A DNA stretch of 64,000 nt, from positions 9,318 through 73,317 of the forward strand of contig JAPOQG010000204.1 in assembly GCA_026710865.1 (NCBI GenBank), read 5' to 3'. The position numbers and the translations under genes were made by a program. The notes beneath the pieces are model-generated. The model searched no databases. It was not told the origin of the DNA and worked only from the letters and a program-made list of their open reading frames with translations. Source of the DNA: Acidimicrobiaceae bacterium (GTDB lineage: Bacteria; Actinomycetota; Acidimicrobiia; Acidimicrobiales; Aldehydirespiratoraceae). Shown piece after piece: positions 1 through 7,711 of the stretch. Every line of letters starts with the position of its first letter. Position 1 is the first letter of the stretch.

Positions 1-280
1 CCACGCCGAGGCCATGGCCCGGCGCGGTTGGCCGGAGGCCTCCGCTCGGATCGTGGAGCTCTGGCGGGCCGGTCGCCGGGACGAGGCCGTCGCCGCGGTC
101 CCCGACGACTACATCGACTCCCAGTCACTGGTCGGCCCGGCCCAGCGCATCCGGACCCGCTGGCCCGGCGCGATTCCCGCGGGCCTGACCGGTGCGATCA
201 TCCGGTGCCGCCACGACGAGGGCCTGAGGCTGGCCGCCGAGCTGGCCGGCACCGGAGACACTGCGGGGGCACGCCCATGA
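1..280 (+). CDS. 3' end of a luciferase-like (LLM class, probably F420-dependent) oxidoreductase; the 5' end lies outside the window
   Basis: The frame is open to the window edge and stops at TGA 278-280. The C-terminal sequence (..VPDDYIDSQSLVGPAQRIRTRW..GAIIRC..) resembles LLM-family C-termini. Two more LLM genes are present in the window. Confidence 0.5.
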   Translation, partial: HAEAMARRGWPEASARIVELWRAGRRDEAVAAVPDDYIDSQSLVGPAQRIRTRWPGAIPAGLTGAIIRCRHDEGLRLAAELAGTGDTAGARP

Positions 281-338
281 CCGCCGAGCTGGTCCGTGCC
301 GGAGACACTGCGGGGGCACGCCCATGACCGACGAGCTG
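252..338. repeat. 47-bp-period tandem duplication of the stop/start junction
   Basis: 252-291 and 299-338 match at 39/40 positions. Both copies contain CCGGAGACACTGCGGGGGCACGCCCATGACCG, including the ATGA overlap. Confidence 0.95.
277..327 (+). other. 16-codon bridge ORF (MTAELVRAGDTAGARP) created by the junction duplication
   Basis: The ATG at 277 overlaps the upstream TGA (278-280). Its own TGA (325-327) overlaps the crotonase ATG (324-326). Confidence 0.3.
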
Positions 339-1124
339 ATCCTCATCGACGAGCCGGCCGAGCACCTCCGCCGCATCACACTCAACCGCCCCCACAGGCG
401 CAACGCCATCTCCACGCCGATGCGGACCGCGCTGCTCGATGCCCTGCACCGCTTCGACGACGACCCCGAGGCCAGGGTCACCATCGTGCGGGGCGCGGGG
501 CCCTGCTTCTCTTCGGGCTACGACCTGTCAGGCGGGCTCATGGACGATCCGCCCTACCCGTCCGCGCCCGGCGACGGCCAGTGGACCCGCCAGGCCAGCG
601 ACGGCTGGTTCTCCATCTGGGACCTGGCCAAGCCTGTCATCGCGCAGGTGCACGGGTACGCCTACGCCGGAGGCACCGAGCTGGCCACGGCCTGCGACCT
701 GGTGTACGTGGCCGACGACGCCCGCATCGGCTATCCGGTGGTGCGGGTGGCCTCGCCCCCGGACTGGCAGTACCACACGCCGCTGATGGGCCTGCGCCAC
801 GCCATGGAGGCCATGCTCACCGGCGACTCCGTCAGCGGCGCCGAGGCGGCCCGGATGGGGTGGGCCAACCGGGCCCACCCGCCCGAGGAGCTGGAGGGGG
901 CCGTGCTCGCGGTGGCGGAGCGCATCGCCGGCGTGGCCACGGACCTGGCCCAGATCAACAAGCGCATGGTGCACCGGGCCTTCGACGTGCTCGGGGGACG
1001 GGCCGCCATCCGGTCTGGTCAGGAGTTCCAGGCCCTTGCCGCTCACCAGCCGTCGGTGCGGGCCGCCATGGCCGACCTGCTGGGCTCGGTCAAGAAGGCC
1101 ATCGGCGACACCCCGCCGGCCTGA
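324..1124 (+). CDS. enoyl-CoA hydratase/isomerase (crotonase) family protein
   Basis: 266 aa. The N-terminus has the typical crotonase pattern LNRPHRRNAI..L..AL..FDDDPEARV.IVRGAGPCFSSGYDL. Confidence 0.9.
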   Translation: MTDELILIDEPAEHLRRITLNRPHRRNAISTPMRTALLDALHRFDDDPEARVTIVRGAGPCFSSGYDLSGGLMDDPPYPSAPGDGQWTRQASDGWFSIWDLAKPVIAQVHGYAYAGGTELATACDLVYVADDARIGYPVVRVASPPDWQYHTPLMGLRHAMEAMLTGDSVSGAEAARMGWANRAHPPEELEGAVLAVAERIAGVATDLAQINKRMVHRAFDVLGGRAAIRSGQEFQALAAHQPSVRAAMADLLGSVKKAIGDTPPA

Positions 1125-1332
1125 GCGGCTTCATCGAGCGCCCATCCGGGTCGACGCCCCCGAGTGGTTGCTAGAGCACAGGCGAAGCGGAGCACTGGAA
1201 TAAGTTTTCAGATTGTTTCATATAATTCTCCTTGCTTTGGGTTGCTGTTGTGGCATCAGACTGCCATGATGGTGTGACAAACCCATGAAACAGCACGATA
1301 CATGTTGTGCTACTACCCAAGGGAGGGTGTCA

Positions 1333-1608
1333 ATGGCTGGTGACATGCTGGTGATGTCGAAGTCGCAGATGGAACAGCTCGCGGTGATCTTCGCCCGGCA
1401 GAAGGAGACGGCGGAGGGGGTGATCAGCGCAATCGGCGCCGGTATCGACGGCACCACCTGGCAGGGGGCGAGGGCCGAGCGGTTCCGCCAGCTCTGGGAG
1501 ACGGAGTTCCGACCCAATCTGCGGGCACTGTGCGACGCACTGGGGGAGCACTCGGCGTTCATCACCGCCGAGCTCCAGGCGGGTGTCAGCGCGCTCGACA
1601 CCGTCTGA
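1333..1608 (+). CDS. WXG100 (ESAT-6-like) family protein
   Basis: About 91 aa, with a central W-x-G motif (TWQGARAERF). An RBS GGGAGGG lies 5 nt upstream of the ATG at 1333. The gene sits directly upstream of an EccC-like ATPase. The longer 1285 start lacks an RBS. Confidence 0.75.
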   Translation: MAGDMLVMSKSQMEQLAVIFARQKETAEGVISAIGAGIDGTTWQGARAERFRQLWETEFRPNLRALCDALGEHSAFITAELQAGVSALDTV

Positions 1609-1659
1609 GGGCCGCGGGGCGGCCCCGACCGCCGCTACGAAGCGGGGACGGCACAGCCG

Positions 1660-4600
1660 GTGCGGATCCGTCATCTCTGCAACGGCACAGAACAGACCGT
1701 GGAGATCGACTCCCGCCTCGAGGGCTACACCGTGGCGGACCTCATGGCGGCGCTCGGGAGCCGACTGGACGGACCCGGCGACAGCTCCGCCGGCGTCAGG
1801 GTCGACGGATGCTGGCACAGTGCCGGCACTCCCCTGTCCGCGGTCCCGATCTGGGAGGGGGCCCTGCTCGAGATCGCTCCCGGCTCCGGGCAGTCCCCCT
1901 CCCAGTCGCCGAAGCAGCCGGCCGGACCGGCACTCGGGGCATCGAGCCGCGGACAGGTTCTCGCGGTTGCCGCAGAGCAGCAGCCGGCCGGACCGGCACT
2001 CGGGGCATCGAGTCGCGGACAGGTTCTCGCGGTTGCGGCAGAGCAGCAGCCGGTTGGCTCGGCGCTTGGGGCATCGAGCCGCGGCCAGGTCCTCGCGGTC
2101 ACCGCGGGCTTGCGGGCCGGATCCCGTCACCGACCGCCCCCGATAGGAACCTGGACGATCGGTCGCTCGGTGAGCTGCGATGTGGTGCTCGACGACCCTG
2201 CGGTCTCCCGCCGCCATACCCGGGTCAGCGTGGAGAGGCCCGGAGCCCGGCCGGTAGTCGCCGACCTCGGCTCGCACAACGGCACCGTCGTGGCCGGCCG
2301 CGCCGTGACCGACCCGGCACCGGTGCCGGCCGGCGCCACCGTCCGGCTCGGCGCCACCTGCCTGCAATGGCGGACCGAGAGGGACGACGCGCCCGCGGCG
2401 GTGAGCGCCGGTCTGGGTGCCGCCGCGGGACGGATCCCGTTCAACCGGCCGCCTCGCCGCCGGCCCCCGACCTCGCCGGCGACGTTGCGGGTGCCGGCGG
2501 AGCCGCCGCCCCGGCCCGAGCCCGAGCCCCTGTCGTGGGCCGGGATCGCGTTGCCGGTGGTGGCCGGCCTGGTGCTGGCTCTGGTGTGGAACCCGTTCAT
2601 GGCAGTGTTCGCGGCCCTCGGCCCGCTGATCACCATCGGCACCTGGCTGGAGCGGCGCCGGCGCAGCACCCGAGCCCATCGGCGGGCCTGCGAGGACACG
2701 GCCGCGCGGGTGAAGGGCTTCGTGGCCGCGCTGCCGGCGGAGGCGGCCGCCGAGCGTCTCAGGCGGTTGGCGCTGGTCCCGGACCTGGCCGAGCTGGTGC
2801 GCCGGGCGGAGACCCCGTCGCTGCGTTGCTGGGAGCGCCGCCAGCGCGATCCCGACGCCATGCGACTCGGTGTCGGCACGGCCGATGTCCCCTACTCGCC
2901 GCCGATCGAGGTGGACGGCGACGGTGGCGCCGCGCCGCAGGCGCTCGAGGCGCTGGAGGCTCTGGAACCACTGCGCGATGTCCCGGTGGCCGTGTCGCTG
3001 GCGCCCGGAGACGTCGTCGGCATAGTCGGGCCGCTGCCCGCGGCCCGGGCGGTGGCCCGGTCCCTGGTGCTGCAGGCGGCTGTGCTTCACGGCCCGGCCG
3101 ACCTGGCCGTCGCGGGCCTCGCTCCCGGCGGGGCGCGGGAATGGTCGTGGCTGCGCTGGCTTCCCCATACCGCGGATGCGGCCGGCGGCGGCCCGGGCGC
3201 GCTGGCAGCCACCGAGGGCAGCGCCATGAGGGCCGCGGCGGAGACGGCCGCCGCGGGTTGCGCCCAGCGGATCCTGCTGGCCGTCATCGACGGAACCGAG
3301 GCGCTCACAGGCCGGTCCGCGCCGGGCCGCACGCTGCTCGCCCTGAGAAGCACCGCCGGGATCATCGTCACCACCGACGTGTGCGACCTGCCGTCCAACT
3401 GCACCACCATCGTGCAGGTCGATCATTCCGCCGGAGGGCTGCGGCTGGTCGACCCCCGCTCCGCGGCGAAGCTGGCGCCCCTCGTCGCGTGGGGCGTCAC
3501 AATCGCGACCGCCACCCATGCGGCGGCCCGCCTGGCTCGCCTCGACGACCCCGAGCTGGGTTCGCACCACGCCAACCTGCCCGAGTCGGTGTCGCTCGTG
3601 GACCTCATGGATGGCGAGCCGACCCCTGAGTCGGTGTCGCAACGCTGGCAGGCGACTCGGGGCACCGCTGACCTGCGGGTGCCGATCGGCGCCACAGCCG
3701 AGGGACCGCTGGTGCTCGACCTCGTGGTCGACGGCCCCCACCTGCTGATCGGCGGCACGACGGGCTCGGGCAAGTCGGAGCTGCTGCGCTCGCTCGTCGC
3801 CGGGCTGGCGCTGTCGGCTGATCCCGACCATCTCGCCCTGGTGCTCATCGACTACAAGGGCGGCGCGGCCTTCGACCGGTGCGCGGAGATGCCCCACGTC
3901 GCCGGGATGGTGACCGATCTCGACGACCGCCTGGCTGAGCGGGCGCTGGTGTGCCTCGAGGCCGAGTTGCGCCACCGCGAGGAGCGGCTCCGGGCTGCCG
4001 GAGCCGAGGATCTCGCCGCCTTCCGGGCCCGCAGCGGTCCCGCCGCCGAGCCGCTTCCAAGGCTGGTGGTCGTGGTGGACGAGTTCGCCACGCTGGCTGC
4101 GGAGTTGCCCGACTTCCTGCACTCGCTGGTGGGGATCGCCCAGCGGGGCCGCAGCCTCGGCGTCCACATGGTGCTGGCCACCCAGCGGCCCGCAGGGGTT
4201 GTGACCGATGACATCAGGGCGAATACATCGTGCCGGATCGCGCTGCGAGTGACCGATCGCCACGACTCCAACGATGTGATCGACTCGCCGGCCGCGGCCC
4301 GGATCCCCCGGCAGCGTCCCGGTCAGGCGCTGGCCCGGCTCGGTCCGGGTGAGCTGGTCGCCTTCCAGTCGGCCCTGGTGACCGGCACCACGCCGCGGGG
4401 CTCCGGCGGTCTGCGGGTGGGGGCCGGCGGCCAGGCTCCGGGCCAGGATCCCTCCGAGTTCCCCGGCGGATCCGGCTCCGAACCGGGAGGCGACCCGGTG
4501 GAGCGCAACGACCTGGACGCCGTGGTGGACGCGGTGACGGTCGCGCACCGGCGCCGAGGAGGTCGAGCGCCGCGCCCGCCCTGGCCGAAGCCGCTGCCCC

Positions 4601-6012
4601 TCGAGGTGTCAGCGGGCAACCTGCCGGCCAGGGTCGGACCCGGAGAGCCCGCGGCCTGGCTGGTGGACGACCCCTCGCGTCAGCGCCAGTTCGTTGGCGG
4701 ATGGCATCCCGGCCAGGGCCACCTCGTGGTTGTGGGCGGCCCCGCATCGGGCACCTCCACCACTCTGGCCTCCGTGGCTCTCGACCTCTGCCGGAGCCGT
4801 GATCCCGACGACCTTCACATCTACGCGCTCGACTTGGACGCCGGGCTGCTCACCGCGCTCGAACGCCTCCCCCACGTGGGTGCGGTCATCGCTCCGACCG
4901 ACGGCGAGCGTCGGGCACGGCTGTTGCGATTGCTCGACGACGAGGTGACCGCCCGGCGGGCCGGAGGAGCCTCAGCCGCCATCGTGCTGCTGGTGGACGA
5001 CCTCGCCGGGCTGGCACGGGCCCATGATCCGGTGCGCGACCCCGAGCCCCATCAACGCTTCGCCCGCATCTGGAGCGACGGCGCCGCGGTGGGGGTCACC
5101 GTGGCGGTGAGCGTCGCCCGAGCCGCGGACCTCCCACCGGAACTGGCCGCGTCCGCGGGTGTGGTGCTGGTCCACGCGACCTCCGATGCCGGCGACGGGC
5201 TGCGCTTCGGCCTGCGCACCCCGACAGCGGGCCTTGCCGCGGGCCGGGCCGTCAGAGCCGGCGACGGCCTGGAGGTGCAGATCGCCCGACCCGTCGGCGG
5301 CGACTTCGCGTCGGCCGCAGCCGAGGTGGCCGCCAGTGCGGCGCCGGCGGAACGAGGACCGGCCCGGATCGGCTCGCTGCCTCCCAGGGTCTGTTTCGAG
5401 GACCTGCCCGGCAGCGCCCTCAGCGAGGACCGCCGCATCGACCTCCGCTTCGCCATGGGCGATCTGAGCCTGGCGCCGACCGGCTTCGCGCTGCACGACG
5501 GCGAGCACGCCCTGGTGATCGGTCCGCCCCGCACCGGGCGCACCTGCGCCCTGGCCGCCGTGGGCGCCGCGGCCCGCTGCGCCGGAGTCGAGGTGGTCGT
5601 CGTGGGTGACCGTCCCGGCGACCTGGCGCGGCTGCTGGGGGTGGAGCCGGTCCCGGTGGGCGAACTCGACACCCCCGATGGCCGCCGGCGGCTAATGCTC
5701 GTAGACGACGCCGATCGGGTCAGCGACCCCTCCGGGCTGCTGGCTCGCCTGGCTGCCGGCGGTGACGGCTCCTGCCATCTGGTGGTCTCGGCCACCGCCG
5801 AGCGTCTCCGCTCGTCCTACGGCCACTGGCTCAACGAGATGCGAACCTGCCGGACCGGGGTGCTGTTCAGGCCGGGACCCCTCGACGGCGACCTGCTCGG
5901 CGCGGCCCTGCCGGCACGGTTGGAGCCGCTGCCGGTGCCGGGTCGGGGACTGGTGGTGGCCGACGGCGCAGCCGCGGTCGCGCAGGTGGCGCTCGTGGGC
6001 GCGGCTGCGTAG
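1660..6012 (+). CDS. eccC: FtsK/SpoIIIE-family type VII secretion ATPase (EccC/EssC-like) with an N-terminal ubiquitin-like segment and an FHA domain
   Basis: 1450 aa. FHA signature WTIGRS..DVVLDD..VSRRH..GSHNGT at about 2152-2360. Two TM helices (LSWAGIALPVVAGLVLALVW / FMAVFAALGPLITIGTW). Three P-loop modules: GGTTGSGKSE at 3751-3780, then GGPASGTST and GPPRTGRT. Confidence 0.85.
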   Translation: MRIRHLCNGTEQTVEIDSRLEGYTVADLMAALGSRLDGPGDSSAGVRVDGCWHSAGTPLSAVPIWEGALLEIAPGSGQSPSQSPKQPAGPALGASSRGQVLAVAAEQQPAGPALGASSRGQVLAVAAEQQPVGSALGASSRGQVLAVTAGLRAGSRHRPPPIGTWTIGRSVSCDVVLDDPAVSRRHTRVSVERPGARPVVADLGSHNGTVVAGRAVTDPAPVPAGATVRLGATCLQWRTERDDAPAAVSAGLGAAAGRIPFNRPPRRRPPTSPATLRVPAEPPPRPEPEPLSWAGIALPVVAGLVLALVWNPFMAVFAALGPLITIGTWLERRRRSTRAHRRACEDTAARVKGFVAALPAEAAAERLRRLALVPDLAELVRRAETPSLRCWERRQRDPDAMRLGVGTADVPYSPPIEVDGDGGAAPQALEALEALEPLRDVPVAVSLAPGDVVGIVGPLPAARAVARSLVLQAAVLHGPADLAVAGLAPGGAREWSWLRWLPHTADAAGGGPGALAATEGSAMRAAAETAAAGCAQRILLAVIDGTEALTGRSAPGRTLLALRSTAGIIVTTDVCDLPSNCTTIVQVDHSAGGLRLVDPRSAAKLAPLVAWGVTIATATHAAARLARLDDPELGSHHANLPESVSLVDLMDGEPTPESVSQRWQATRGTADLRVPIGATAEGPLVLDLVVDGPHLLIGGTTGSGKSELLRSLVAGLALSADPDHLALVLIDYKGGAAFDRCAEMPHVAGMVTDLDDRLAERALVCLEAELRHREERLRAAGAEDLAAFRARSGPAAEPLPRLVVVVDEFATLAAELPDFLHSLVGIAQRGRSLGVHMVLATQRPAGVVTDDIRANTSCRIALRVTDRHDSNDVIDSPAAARIPRQRPGQALARLGPGELVAFQSALVTGTTPRGSGGLRVGAGGQAPGQDPSEFPGGSGSEPGGDPVERNDLDAVVDAVTVAHRRRGGRAPRPPWPKPLPLEVSAGNLPARVGPGEPAAWLVDDPSRQRQFVGGWHPGQGHLVVVGGPASGTSTTLASVALDLCRSRDPDDLHIYALDLDAGLLTALERLPHVGAVIAPTDGERRARLLRLLDDEVTARRAGGASAAIVLLVDDLAGLARAHDPVRDPEPHQRFARIWSDGAAVGVTVAVSVARAADLPPELAASAGVVLVHATSDAGDGLRFGLRTPTAGLAAGRAVRAGDGLEVQIARPVGGDFASAAAEVAASAAPAERGPARIGSLPPRVCFEDLPGSALSEDRRIDLRFAMGDLSLAPTGFALHDGEHALVIGPPRTGRTCALAAVGAAARCAGVEVVVVGDRPGDLARLLGVEPVPVGELDTPDGRRRLMLVDDADRVSDPSGLLARLAAGGDGSCHLVVSATAERLRSSYGHWLNEMRTCRTGVLFRPGPLDGDLLGAALPARLEPLPVPGRGLVVADGAAAVAQVALVGAAA
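1915..2112. repeat. 3 x 66-bp in-frame tandem repeat inside the eccC-like gene
   Basis: Units at 1915-1980, 1981-2046 and 2047-2112 encode QPAGPALGASSRGQVLAVAAEQ three times. The third unit is diverged. Confidence 0.95.
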
Positions 6013-6070
6013 CGTCGGGGCTTGGTGTGTCCTACCGGACCCGCCGCAGTCGAGCCTGACGGAGCCCGCC

Positions 6071-6862
6071 GTGACGCATCCCAACATCCGAATCGAGACC
6101 TCCGGTGCGGTCACCACCGTCACCGTCGACCGGATCCGCCGCAAGAACGCCTGCACGCCGGCGATGTGGGCCGGTCTGCGCCACGGCTTCCGCGACATCG
6201 CCGAGTCCTCCGCCCGGGCGGTCGTGCTCACCGGCGCGGGCGGCGACTTCTGCGCCGGCGCCGACGTCGGCCCCGGCGACGACAACGAGGCCGGAGACGA
6301 GCCGAGCCGGCACCGGATCGACCACATGCGCGACATTGCCGACACCGTTATGGCCATCCACGACTGCCCCCGCCCAGTGATCGCCAAGGTCGACGGCGTG
6401 GCCGTGGGCGCCGGCCTGGGAATGGCCCTCGCCGCCGACATGGTGTGGTGCTCGGCGAGGGCCCGGTTCTCGCTGATCTTCGCCAAGCGGGGTCTGAGCC
6501 TGGACTTCGGCACGTCGTGGCTGCTTCCCAAGCGCATCGGCCTGCACGAGGCCAAGCGCCTGGCCTTCACCGGGGAGATCATCGGCGCCGAGCGGGCTGC
6601 GGACCTCGGCATAGTCAACGAGGTCGTGCCGGTGGAGGAGCTCGACGCCGCAGTGGACGAGATGGCGGCCGCCGTCGCGGCCGGACCCCCCATAGCGCTG
6701 GCCGGCTCCAAGCGCCTCCTCAACAACGCCTCCAACATCTCGCTGTTCCAGGCACTGGAGGCCGAAGCACTGAGCCAGGGCGTGAACTTCGCCACCGGCG
6801 ACACCAAGGAGGCCCTGCGGGCCTTCATCGAGAAGCGCGACCCCGCCTTCCAGGGCTGGTAG
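6071..6862 (+). CDS. enoyl-CoA hydratase/isomerase family protein (second crotonase paralogue)
   Basis: GTG start at 6071. VTHPNIRIETSGAVTTVTVDR..KNA...VVLTGAGGDFCAGADV is a crotonase signature. The part of the ORF upstream of 6071 overlaps the eccC 3' end and is not coding-like. Confidence 0.85.
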   Translation: MTHPNIRIETSGAVTTVTVDRIRRKNACTPAMWAGLRHGFRDIAESSARAVVLTGAGGDFCAGADVGPGDDNEAGDEPSRHRIDHMRDIADTVMAIHDCPRPVIAKVDGVAVGAGLGMALAADMVWCSARARFSLIFAKRGLSLDFGTSWLLPKRIGLHEAKRLAFTGEIIGAERAADLGIVNEVVPVEELDAAVDEMAAAVAAGPPIALAGSKRLLNNASNISLFQALEAEALSQGVNFATGDTKEALRAFIEKRDPAFQGW

Positions 6863-7040
6863 CACCACAGGCTTGGAGAGGCAATGAGTAGGAGCACCCT
6901 CCCCGTGGCTACGACCAGGCCATGGAGCCAGGAGTCGGGTGGGCTCCGAGCGGTCTCGTAGTCGCTTCTTGCCGTGTTGAGAGGCAGTTCGTGTAACGCC
7001 GCCATGCCACAACCGTGTGCAGGCGGCCTAGATTCGCCGT

Positions 7041-7694
7041 GTGGACGTCGAGCCGTCCGTAGCGAGACTGGACGAGCAAGTCCGTCGCGGACTGGCGAAG
7101 TCCTTCATCGAGGACGCCGTGATCGGCCAGTACCGTCAACTCGTGCGCTGGCAGCACATCACCGGTCAGTCAGCGCAGATCGACTCCGGTTACCTCGGCC
7201 AGCACTTGGTGAGCCTGGTCTCGGGAAAGGCGGGTCTGGGCCGAGGCAGCCGCGGCAAGGGGAACGACCTTCGCGACGGTTCGGAGGTCAAGATCGCAAG
7301 CACACTGGGCGGGGTTGACAAGCCGCGCTGGAACAACAAGCTGAGCACCGCACAGGCAGTCGCGACCTACCTCGAGAATCCTGCGATCTACTTCGGACTG
7401 TTCGACACCTTGGAGAAGGGACAAGACTTCCCCGTGCGAGTTCGCGTGTGGACTGTCGAGCCCGCGAAGGACGAGGCCTTCCGCAACGTGGTCATAAGGT
7501 GGGCGGACAGGCAGACGTCTGGCAACTTCCAACTCCATCCGCCGTGCTGGTCCGACTCCAACGTTGCTACGAATCAAAGCGGCAACATCGCGCTTCCTCT
7601 TGCGTTTCGGGCGATGCAACTGGACATCGAGGGCGTCGACTACCTCGTGGTTGAGCATTGGGATCCGGCGCCTGGCGGCTGCTCGGAGCAGTAG
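7041..7694 (+). CDS. putative type II restriction endonuclease (PD-(D/E)xK-like)
   Basis: 217 aa. Candidate catalytic block GKGNDLRDGSEVKIAS (D...E-V-K) at about 7265-7292. Convergent with, and 17 bp from, an N6-adenine methyltransferase. The region has lower GC. Confidence 0.5.
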   Translation: MDVEPSVARLDEQVRRGLAKSFIEDAVIGQYRQLVRWQHITGQSAQIDSGYLGQHLVSLVSGKAGLGRGSRGKGNDLRDGSEVKIASTLGGVDKPRWNNKLSTAQAVATYLENPAIYFGLFDTLEKGQDFPVRVRVWTVEPAKDEAFRNVVIRWADRQTSGNFQLHPPCWSDSNVATNQSGNIALPLAFRAMQLDIEGVDYLVVEHWDPAPGGCSEQ

Positions 7695-7711
7695 CTGACA
7701 GGTGCCCGCAG

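Noticed and set aside
1330-4548. A 1072-aa ORF antisense to the WXG100 and eccC genes. Similar very long ORFs occur at 16684-19242 (-), 20422-23361 (+, upstream part), 36352-38397 (-), 42817-44703 (-), 55512-57836 (-) and 58635-59681 (+, the 5' extension of the vWA gene).
   Set aside because: They are Arg/Pro/Gly/Ala-rich low-complexity translations with no recognisable domains. They lie opposite to, or out of frame with, genes that have clear family signatures and high GC3. Long stop-free antisense frames are expected at ~70% G+C.
5762-6070. The 5' extension of the second crotonase ORF (366 aa as listed in the track).
   Set aside because: The extension overlaps the eccC 3' end in another frame and has no crotonase-like sequence. 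GTG 6071 gives a normal-length protein with a typical N-terminus.
6863-7040. Search for a tRNA gene or att-type direct repeats flanking the first R-M islet (6863-7040 against 10131-10234).
   Set aside because: Only a 7-nt shared string (GAGCGGT) was found and there is no tRNA structure. This is insufficient to define integration borders.
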